Source: Lama guanicoe (lineage: Eukaryota). From it: DNA of 64,000 bases. The stretch lies in assembly GCA_013239625.1 (NCBI GenBank), contig MU053792.1, positions 1,134,112 to 1,198,111 of the forward strand, read 5' to 3'. Both the position numbers and the translations under genes were made by a program. The number at the start of each line of letters is the position of its first letter. The first letter of the stretch is position 1. A model generated the notes under the pieces. The model did not search any database and was not told where the DNA came from. It was given only the letters and a program-made list of their open reading frames with translations. Positions 26,806 to 36,835 of the stretch are shown here, one piece after another.

Positions 26806-27731
26806 TTGCAGGAACAGCCCGAGCCTGTTCCTGCAGGAGACACAGAGCCGGGACCCATTCCACCAGCCCTGCAGGGAGACCCCGCGCCTGCTCCTGCAGC
26901 TCCTCCTGCACCTGCACCTGCACCTCCAGGCCACCAAGAGCCAATTCCAGCATCACCCTCTGGGGCTGAGCCACCTCTGCAAACACCAACACTGTCCTCT
27001 CCGAATTCTCAGCATCCACACCCGCCCCCACCCAAACTTTACTTCCCTTCCCCTGGCTGGATTGTCTGTAATTCCTTTTTTTTTTATATCATTTATGGTA
27101 TCCTCTATTTTTATGTTTTAAATATACAGTAAGAAAGTTTACCCTTTTCCCATTTTAAATTGTGCAATTCGGGAGCACTAAGTGCACTCAAAACGCTGTG
27201 CGACCAGCACCACTGTCTGCTTTCAGACTGTTTCCTTCCTCAAGTAAAAGCTTGTATCCAAAGTTCATCCCCCTTCCTCCCTCCCGCAGCCCCTGACAAG
27301 CCCTCATCCCCTTTCTCTCTCCGTGTCTTTACCTATCCTGGAGATTCCCTAGCAATGATATCATACAAGAAGTGGCCGCTTGTGTCTGCCCACATATCTT
27401 AAGCAGGGACTGTTACATTTTTTTCTTTTTATGTGAAATAGCATTTTGGTTATTTGAAAAGGAAATCAAGATGGACAAAAGATGAGAAGCACAGAATGAA
27501 GCCCACTTAGTAACTCTGTGCAGCATCTCGGGGGAGGCGCTGCTGTTCTTAGTGTGAAGCCAGAGCCAGAGGGAGATGCTTAGCATCTCCTGTGGCAAAA
27601 CCAAACCAAACAAAACCAAAAAACAAAGGGCAAGAAAGAGAGCTGGAAAGACAAACCACAGCCTGGAAAAATAATTCCTCATGACCTGAGGTCAGAGAAT
27701 GGTTTCACATCCCTGTGGTCCAAAAACCTCT
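26806..27731 (+). repeat. Truncated duplicate of the 3' end of the RalGDS-like repeat locus (copy A)
   Basis: One to two 63-bp units (EPVPAGDTEPGPIPPALQGDPAP) followed by sequence collinear with 34617-35488. Both copies end at ccctgtggtccaaaaacctct. Confidence 0.9.
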
Positions 27732-28118
27732 GCTGAGTCTGTGCACGAGCTCCCTGTGATGCCAGCCCACGGGGGTGACAGGTGCGGCAGGTGTTTCTTG
27801 GTCTACAGACAGGATGGCTTCTCTAGGAAGCAGGGGCTAGAATGATCCCCACTATGCCGATGGGGGACTGGGGAGACCCTGAGAGGCACGTGGCTTGTCC
27901 AGGGTGACAGCACTACTGAGAAGGGGGAGCCAGGTCTGAACCCGGCTGTGTCCTCAGAGCTGCAGCCCTGGCTGCACCCAGGCCTCCCCAGGGCTATGGG
28001 GGGTCTGAGTTGGTGTCACTGTGTGCGGACAAGGCATGGGGTGGGAAGTGGGCTGTCGGCAGCCCAGAAAGGCCCTTAGGGAGCTGTGTGTAAGGAGGAA
28101 GCTTGGGGAAAGGGACCC

Positions 28119-28148
28119 CAGGAAGTGACCTCACTTCCCTGGCAATAG
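28119..28148 (+). promoter_or_regulatory. Candidate promoter: palindromic ETS-CRE-like-ETS element plus RFX X-box-like site
   Basis: GGAAGTGA-CC-TCACTTCC is a perfect 8-bp inverted repeat with central TGACCTCA, directly followed by CCTGGCAAT, ~100 bp upstream of the ATG at 28235. Confidence 0.45.
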
Positions 28149-28234
28149 AGCCCAAGAGAACTTGGAACCTAGGTCACCAGGCACCCGCTCTGTAAAGAAG
28201 CCCCTACTCATCTCACTTGGTTGGAGACAGAGGC

Positions 28235-28369
28235 ATGTTCCGCTGGACCCCAATATCCCGAGGCCGCAGCCTCCGGAAAGCCCGCAGCGAGGGGCTGTAC
28301 CAACGCTGCCGACACTGGGTCAGGTCTCACCCCAGGCGCCTCTGGCCTTTTGGCCACAGGGGCCCAAAG
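28235..28369 (+). pseudogene. RalGDS-like paralogue, first coding exon
   Basis: ATG..AAG|gtaacc, 45 codons, MFRWTPISRGRSLRKARSEGLYQRCRHWVRSHPRRLWPFGHRGPK. Resembles the basic 'MF..P.S.G..LRKA..CRHW....RRLWPF' N-terminus of lineage-expanded mammalian RalGDS-like proteins (recalled). Confidence 0.7.
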
Positions 28370-28775
28370 GTAACCCAGGGAGGCCCAGGGCAGGCCCGCC
28401 CAGGCCGGGCCACCCCTCAGATCCCACCCAGATAGCCCCACGGCCCCTTCCTGGTGAGGCAGGCATGTTGGGGGGGGTCCTGCCTAAAGCAAGAGCAGGC
28501 TAAGGAAGGGTCAGAGGCCTGGGGGGCCGGTCACGTCCATAGCCCAGGTCAAAGCTGGCTGGCTGGGATGTGGAGAGCCGGGGCAGGGCCCTGCAGCCAA
28601 GGTGGTGCCCATGCCCTCTGGTGTGTCTCTTCCCTCCCGGGTGACCGTCTCAGCTGATAAGGTCTCAGCCTGATCTGGCAGCAGAGGGTCAAGTGGGCAG
28701 AAGCAGGAGCGGTACTGGCCAGGCAGGGCTCTGAGACCTCTGGGTCTGGCCGGCTGTTGGCCACTGTCATTGCAG

Positions 28776-28883
28776 AGACGGGCACTTTAAGCCACATAGG
28801 AGCTGGTAGATGAGGACATCCATGCCAATTCCCCGGGTGAGGGGCTGCTACACCACACTGCCGAGGCCCAGCACAGGCTCCAG
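28776..28883 (+). pseudogene. RalGDS-like paralogue, second exon with two in-frame stops
   Basis: ttgcag|..CAG|gtgagt, 108 bp, phase 0/0. Translates RRAL*AT*ELVDEDIHANSPGEGLLHHTAEAQHRLQ, versus RALGDS SSTQEIGEELINGVIYSISLRKVQLHHGGNKGQRWLG (recalled). Confidence 0.65.
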
Positions 28884-28997
28884 GTGAGTGTGGACACAGA
28901 GGGGTCCACAGAACCATGGCCCAGAGATGACCGGGGCAGGCCTCCTGCCCAGACACCACCCAGGCCTCTCCCCAGGGTCCTGCCCGGGGCTGACAGG

Positions 28998-29091
28998 CAG
29001 CTCAGCACCCCCAGCTCCGACCTAGAGCACCGTGCCCACTTCACTGTGAGTCAGGTGGAGGACCAGGAGCCCGCTGAGGCAGAGCCCAAAG
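28998..29091 (+). pseudogene. RalGDS-like paralogue, 3' part of the REM-domain-ending exon
   Basis: QLSTPSSDLEHRAHFTVSQVEDQEPAEAEPK versus RALGDS QLNMPGSDLERRAHLLLAQLEHSEPIEAEPE (recalled). Phase-1 donor G|gtgaga at 29092. Confidence 0.8.
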
Positions 29092-29350
29092 GTGAGAAGG
29101 GCAGGGCTGGGTGCATGTGTGTAGCTGACGGAGGGGCGAGGGTAGGGCCACACAGGGAGGTGTCCCCAGAGACGGCTGTTGGCACCAGCACAAAGACTGG
29201 CCTCAGACCACCTGTCTGGGAGAATGCAGTCACACAGCGCATCCTGTGGGCACTTCCTGGGTGGGACCTGTCTCGAAAGCTCTGGGAAGATTTGTCCTTG
29301 AAAAGGCACATGGGCAGCAGGCAGGTGGGTAAATTGGTCCTCTCTCACAG

Positions 29351-32300
29351 CACAGGCACTTCCACAAAACTTAAAGCTGTCTTCACTTCCAACGGATCCA
29401 GATCCAGAGGAGGCGGGGACAGGGGAAGACGCCAAGGACAAAAGAAATGAAGAACCCAATCCAGCAGGAGCTGCAGAGCAAGATGAGAAAATACCACGCC
29501 GGCAAAGAGGAGTTGCACCTGCTCCTGCAGCGGACCCAGGACCAGGTCTCATTCCACTAGGCATGCAGGGACACTCTGAACTTGCTACTGCAAGAGGCGC
29601 AAAACACGGTCCCATTCCACCAGCCCTGCAAGGAAACCATGAACCTGCTCCTGGAGGAGACCCAGGACTGCGTCCCATTGCACCAGCCAGCAGGGAGACA
29701 CTGAGACTGTTCCTGCCAGGAAACACAGAGCCAGGTCACATTCCACCAGCCTTGCAGGGGACGCCGAGCCTGCTCCTGCAGGAGACCCACAGCCCGCGGC
29801 TGCAGGAGACTCAGAGCTGGGTCCAATACCACGAGGCCTGCAGGGGGACCACAAGACTGCTCTGTCAAGAGACCCAGAGCCAGGTTCAGTTCAACCACCT
29901 TTCAGGGAATCAACAAACCTGCACCTGCAGGAGATCCATGACTGGGTCCACTTCTACCAGACTGGCAGGGAGACACTGAGCTGGGTCCAATTCCACCTGC
30001 CTTACAGGGAGACTGCAGGACTGCCCTCACAGGAGAGCCAGAGACGGGTCATATTCCAATAGCCCTGCAGGAAGATCCAGGGCCTGTTACTGTGGGAGAC
30101 CCAGGAACGGGTCCAATTCCACCAGCCCGGCAGGAATAGTCTGAGCCTGCTCCTGAAGTAGACACAGAGCCAAGTCTCATTTCACGAGCCTTGCAGGGAG
30201 ACCCTGAGCCTGTTCCTGCAAGAGACACAGAGATGGGTCACATTCCACCAGCCCTGTCGGGAGACCTGAACCAGATTTTGCAGGAGACCAAGAGCTGGGT
30301 TACATTCCACCAACCCTGCAGGTAATACCTCAGCCTGTTCCTACTGGAGACCACGGCCCAGGGGCAATTCTATCAGCCATGACAGGAGGAAGACAAAGGA
30401 CTGTGTCCTCTTCCATCAACTCCACAGGGAGACATCTAGTCTGATCTGCAGGAAACATCCAATCTGATTTTCGGGAAACACAAAGCAGTGTCACATTCCA
30501 CCAGCCCTGCAGGGACACCCTGAGCATGTTCTTTCAGAAGCCCCACACCGGGGTCACATTCCACAGGCCCTGCTGGAAAACCTGGAGCTGGCACCTTCAA
30601 GACACCCAGGACTGGGACCAATTGGAACAGAACTGCAGGGAGACCCTGAGCCTGCTCCTGTAGGGGAAACCAAGATGAATCCTATTCCAACAGCCCTGCA
30701 TGGAGACACTGAGCCAGCTACTGCGGCAGACCCAGGGCTGGGTCCAATTCCACAAGCCCTGCAGCGGAACCCTGAGACTACTCCAGAGCCGGGTCCAGTT
30801 CAGCCAGCCTTCCAGAGACATCCCAGGATACCTCCTGCAGGAGAAACAGAGCCAGAGCCAATTTGATGAGACCCACAGGGAGCCCCCCAGCTTACTATGC
30901 CCCGAGACCAAGGACTGGGTCCATTCCTCCAACACGCATGGAGACACCGAGCCTGAAACTGTAACAAACACAGAACCAGATCACATTCTACCCTTTTACA
31001 GTGAGCCCCCAAACATGCTTTTGCAGGAGACCCTTGTGTGGGTCCCATCCCACCAGCATTGCAGGGAGATCTTGAAACAGCTCCTGAAGGAGACCCAGAG
31101 ATGGGTCCCACACCGCCAGCCCTGCAGGGAAACCCCGAACCTGCTCCTGCAGGAGACCCCAGAACGTGTCCAGCTCCATAGGCCTTGCAGGAAGATTCAG
31201 AGACGGGTCCCTTTTCACCAGCCTTGCAGGAAGACCCTGAGCCTGCTCCTGCAGGAGACCCAGAGATGGGTGCAATTCCACCAGCCCTGCTAGGACAGCA
31301 TGAGCGTGTTCCAGTAGGAGACACAGAGCCATGTCCACTTCAACAACCCTGCAGGAAGACCCTAGGCCTGATGCTGCAAGAGAGCCAGGATTTTGTCCCA
31401 CTCAATCAGCCCTGCAGGGAGAAGTGGAGCGTGCACCTGCAGGAAACACAGAGCCGGGTGGCATTCCACCAGCCCTCCACGGAACCCAGGAGCCTGCAGT
31501 GGCAAGTTGCCCAGGACAGGGACAAATTCCACTAGTCCTGTAGGGAGACCGCAAGCCTACTCCTGCAGGAGAACCACAGATGGGTCATATTTCAACAATC
31601 CTGCATGGGGACCCCGAATCTGCACCAGTAGGAGTCCCAGGAATGGGTCCAGTTCCACCAGCCCTGCTAGGAGAGCCTGAGCGTGTTCCTCCAGGAAACA
31701 CAGAGCTGTGTCCAATTCCAACAGCCCTGCAGGGAGACAGTGAGACTGCTCCTGCTAGGAAACACAGGGCCGGTCACATTCCACCAGCCTTACAGGGAGA
31801 CCCCAAGTCTGCTCCTGTAGGAGATCCAGAGACTGGTCACATTCCACCAGCCCTGCAGGTAGACCCTGAGCCAGCTACTGCAGGAGACTCAGAGCTGGGT
31901 CCAATTCCACAAGCCCTGCAGGGGGACCCCACGTCTGCCCCTTCAGGAAATCCAAAGCTGATTCCAATTCAACCACCTTTGCAGGAAGTCACCGAACCTG
32001 CACCTGCAGGAGATCCATGACTGGTTCTGATTCTACCGGCCCAGCATGGAGATACTGAGCTGGTTCCAATTTCTCTAGCTTTACAGGGAGACCCCAGGAC
32101 TGTTCCTGCAGCAGATCCAGAGATGGGACACATGCCACCAGCCCTGTCACGATACCCTGAACCAGCTTCTGCATGAGGTCAATTGCCAGGTTACACCCAC
32201 CAGCCTTGCAGTTAATACCTCAGCCTGCTCCTGTAGGAGACACAGATTGGGGTCCAATTCTGTTGGCCCCAGAGGGAGACTCCCAAGCTATTCCTGCAGG

Positions 32301-34907
32301 ATATCCAGGCATGAGTCCTATTCAATCAACCCTGCAAGGGAACACCAAGCATGCAGCGGCAGGAAACAAAGAGCAGGGTCACATTCCAACAGCCTTGCAG
32401 GGAGACCATGAACCTGCTCCTGTATGAGAGCCAGAGACCTGTCACATTCACCTAGACCTAACGCGACACCGAGCCTGTACCTGAAGGAGATCTATGACTC
32501 GGTCCCATTACACCGGGCCTGCAGGGAGAACTCAAGTGGGTCAAGCTTGATCACGTAGGAAACCCAGAGATGGGTTAAACTCCAAGGGCCTTGCAAGAAG
32601 ACCGAGAACCTCCTCCTGTAGAAGACCCAGGACCAGGTCCACATCCACCAGCCCTGCAGGGAGAGCTGGAGGCTGCTCCTGCAGGAGACACAGAGCCAGG
32701 TCTAATTCCACCAACCCTCCTGGGACACTCCTAGCCTGCTCCTCCAAGAGACACAGGACTGGGTCCCATTCCACCAGGCTTGCAGGGAGATACTGAGACT
32801 GCTCCTGCCAGGAAACAGAGAACCAAGTCCCATTCTACTAGCCTTTCAGGGGAAGCCCAAGCCCGTTCCTGCAGGAGACCCAGAAATGGGTGCAATTACC
32901 CCAGCCCTGCTAGGACAGCATGAGCGTGTTCCTGAAGGAGACACAGAGCCACATTCAATTCCAACAGCCCTGCAGGGAGACCCTGAGCCTGCTCCTGCAA
33001 AAGCCTAAGGACGGGGTCCCATTCCAGCAGCCTTGCATGGAGACACTGAGCCTGCTCCTGCAGTAGACTTAAGACTGTGTTCCACTCCACCAGGCCTGTA
33101 GGAAAACCTTTAGCCTGGTCCTGCAGGAAACCCACATTTGAGTCACATTTTACTAGCCCTACAGAGATACCTGGAATCTGCACCTTCAAGAGACCGAGGA
33201 ACAGGATGAAATCCAACAGCACTGCAGGGAGACACTGAGCCAGCTACTGTGGGAGACCCAGGGCTGGGTCCAATTCCACAAGATCTGCAGGGGGACCCTG
33301 AGACTACTCCAGAGCCGGGACCAATTCAACCAGCTTTGCAGGGAGACCCCAGGACACCTCCTACAGGAGAAACAGAGGAGGGTCATGTTCAAAGAGCCCT
33401 GCAGGAAGACCCAGGGCCTGCTCCTGAAGGCGAACCAGAGATGAGTCACTTGCCATCAGCCCTGCAGGAAGACAATCAGTCACTAGTCTAACTCTGCCAG
33501 ACCTGCAGGGAGACCCTGAGACAGCTCCTGCAGGAGAACCAGAGTAAGGTCGTATTCCACCAGCCCTCAAATGAGTCCTTCAGCCTGTTCCTCTAGGAAA
33601 CCCTGAGCTGGTTCGCATGCCAGCAGCCCTGCGGGATAACCCTGAACCTGTTCTCGTAGGAGAACCAGAGATGGGTGCAATTCCACCAGCCCTGCTCTGA
33701 GAGACTGAGCCTGCTCTTGCAGGAGACCCTGAGACGTGTCACATTCCAACAGCACTGAAGTGACACACCCAGCCTGCACCTGCAGGGGACCCAGGAAAGG
33801 ACCAATTCCACTGGACATGTAGGGAGACCCCAAGCCGGCTCCTTCAGGGGAACCAGAGGTGCAACATGCTCCAGCAGCCTTGCAGGAAGACCCAGGGCCC
33901 GTTCCTACAGGAGACCCAGGAATGGGACCAAAGCCAGCAGCGCTGCAGGGAGAGCCTGAACCGGATACTGCAGGAGACCAAGGACTCGACCTCACTCCAT
34001 TAGCCACACAGGGAGACCTTGAGCCCACTGCTGAAGGAGACACCGAGTCGGTCCTATTCCACCAGCCTGAAGGGAGAGTCCAAACCCACTCTTGGGGAGC
34101 AAGAACTATTGCTGGATTCTAATCGACCATCCCTGCAGGTAGACCACAAACCTGCACCTGCAGGAGTCCCAAGTTTGGATCCATTTCCACCTGCCCTGCT
34201 AGGAGACCCAGGACTATGTCCCATTCCAGCAGCTCTGGAGAGAAAACCTGAACCTCTTCCTTCAGGAGACCCACACCCGGGTCATATTCCAACAGCACTG
34301 CAGGAAAACCTGAGTCGGCTTCAAGATACCCAGGACTGGAGCCAATTCCACACCAGCCCTGCAGGGAGACCCTGAGCCTGCTCCTCCAGGACACCCAAAA
34401 CTGGATCCCATTCTATCAACCCTGCAGGGAGACAAGAAGACTGCACCTGCAGGAAACAGAGAGCAAAGTCACATACCATCAGCCCTTTAGGAAGACCATG
34501 AGTCAACTCCTGCAGGAGACCAACAGCCTTGTGACATTCCACCAGCCCAGCAGGTAATCCCTCAGCCTGCTCCTGCAGGAGACACACAGCAGCATCTAAG
34601 TCCATCAGCCCCCGAGGGAGACCCCGAGTCTGCTCCCACAGCTCGTCCTGCACCTGCACCTCCAGGCCACCAAGAGCCAATTCCACCCTCTAAGGCTGAG
34701 CCGCCTCTGCAAACACCAACACTGTCCTCTCCGAATTCTCAGCATCCACACCTGCCCCCACCCGGACTTAACTTCCCTTCCCCTGGCGACGTTTACAACT
34801 GGGTTGTCTGTAATTTCTTTCTTTCTTTTTCTTCACGTCATTTATGGTATCCTCTATTTTTATGTTTTAAGTTTACGGTAAGAAAGTTTACCCTTTTCCC
34901 ATTTTAA
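29351..34907 (+). pseudogene. RalGDS-like paralogue, giant Pro-rich exon (frameshifted and nonsense-disrupted)
   Basis: Acceptor tctctcacag| at 29350 is phase-compatible with the 29091 donor. The frame reads QALPQNLKLSSLPTDPDPEE..APAPAADPGPGLIP into the repeats. Many frameshifts and stops follow. The tail frame 34617-34907 is open to TAA. Confidence 0.65.
29510..34685 (+). repeat. Degenerate 63-bp tandem array, roughly 80 units
   Basis: Consensus by eye CCACCAGCCCTGCAGGGAGACCCTGAGCCTGCTCCTGCAGGAGACACAGAGCCGGGTCCAATT, reading PPALQGDPEPAPAGDTEPGPI or HQPCRETLSLLLQETQSRVQF. The 21-aa period is visible in the ORFs at 30700, 31580 and 33859. Unit count is length/63. Confidence 0.95.
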
Positions 34908-35488
34908 ACTGTGCAATTTGGGAGCATTCAGTGCACTCACAATGCTGTGTGACCAGCATCACTGTCTGGTTTCAGACTATTTCCTTCCTTAAATTGAAAC
35001 CTTGTATCCACAGCTCATCCCCCTTCCACCCTCCCCCAGCCACTGAAAAGCCCTAATCCCCTTTCTCTCTGTGTCTTTACCTATCCTGGAGGTTCCCTAG
35101 CAATGACATCATATAAAAGGGGGCTTTTTGTGTCTACCCACATGTTTTAAGCTGGGGCTGGTGAATTTTTTTGTTTTTACATGAATTAGAATTTTTGTAT
35201 TTTGAGAGGAAAATCAGATGGACTAAAGATGAGATGTACAAAATGAAGCCCTTTTAGTAACTATGTGCATCATCTCGGGAAGGCACTGCTGTTCCAAGTG
35301 TGAAACCAGCACCAGAAGGGAGATACTTAGTACTTCCTTAGCACTTTGGTGACAAAACCAAACCAAACAAAACCAAAAAACAAAGGCCAAGAAAGAGAGC
35401 TGAAAAGACAAACCACAACCTGGAAAAAGCATTCTTCACAACCCAAGGTCAGAGAAAGGTTTCATATCCCTGTGGTCCAAAAACCTCT
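34617..35488 (+). repeat. 3' flank of the array, duplicated at ~26877-27731 (copy B)
   Basis: Collinear high similarity to copy A, including the shared old L1-like remnants. Confidence 0.9.
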
Positions 35489-36835
35489 TCAAACCCAGTG
35501 TTCTCAACAGAAACAGAACACACACGGGCAGTTCCAACAAGAGGCAGCGCAGGTGGCCAGTGTGTGTTAGATGCTCGACCTATCGGGTGAGGACACAGGC
35601 AGACGGACACACTGCGGGACAGCACTGGTCACCGTCACACTGGCAGGTCTTTAGCCTGGTGACAACCAGCCCTGATGATGTGAGGATGCAGAGGCCCCAG
35701 CAGCTCTCCTGGAAGGAAGAGTGACTGGACACTCCTCTCTGGGAGAACAGGGTGCAGGACGCATCAGTGTGCCACAGGTGCATCCCTTCCCCAGAAGTGC
35801 TGGTCCTTAGAGTTGATCCCACTAAAATTCTTCCACAATTTTTCAAAGATGTCTTTCAAGGGTGTTCATCACAGCCCCGGGTGAACTTGTAGGGAATTGG
35901 GAGCAATACTTATGTTCATGGAGCGGGCGTAGGATCTATCAGTTCTGGTTCACATGGACAAATGACTGCTGTACAGCTGGAAAAGTGAGTGTGTGGTCTC
36001 TACCTGACGTCAGAGGAGCCCTCAGGTTCGATGCTTGTCGATCCACCGTCTGCCTCCAGGATGCCATCTCTCTGACCACGTATGTGTCAAGTCACCAGAG
36101 GTGTAAATGAATCCTGTGGTGTGCAAGAGACAGAGACAGCGATAGAGACAGAATGAGACAGAGGCTGATGAGCACCAAACCATTCATGGCGGTCACTTCT
36201 GGGAGTGGGATTTGCAAATCTCCACTCTTCTCCTTTAGGTGACGTTTCAATTTTTTTTTGTGTGTATGGCTTTACTAATTCTAAAAGATTCAAACCATAT
36301 GTTAATTGGGACCCATTCATTTCTCATCTATGGAGTAGTTAAATGTCATTATTTCTGTTTTAAAATATTTGTTACAGGGACAATAAGCATTGATGAGAGT
36401 AAAATGATAAATTCTAAAGAATTAAGAATCAGGTAAAGAACAAAATCATTTGGTGACTGAGTCACAGGCCAGCTATGTGGCAGCACATGGCAGGGTGGAG
36501 ACAGGTTTCTCCAGGAGGATGTGTATGTTCTGCATCCACTTTCAATAGAAGCGAGGAAAAAGTACAAGGCTTGTACACTGAGAACTACAACAGCTTGTTG
36601 GAGTAATTAAGAAAGACCTAAATTTGCAGAAAATAATCCCATATTCATGGAGTAGAAGGCTTAATTCTATGAAGATGGCAATATTCCATGAACAGATCTA
36701 AAGTTTCAAAGAGTCCCTCCCCAAATCTCAGGTGGTGTTCTGCAGAAACTGACAACCAATCTACACTTCATGTGGAAAAGGCAAAAGGCTCAAAAAAGGT
36801 CAGGGAATCTTGAAAAAGAAGAACCAAGTTCAAGG

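Noticed and set aside
29510..34685. CRISPR-like array
   Set aside because: Eukaryotic context, no unique spacers, and the whole unit is a degenerate tandem repeat.
29557..34686. Many separate ORFs on both strands over the array, including the LLLQETQ frame
   Set aside because: By-products of a stop-poor 63-bp unit. Only the Pro-rich frame links to the upstream splice sites.
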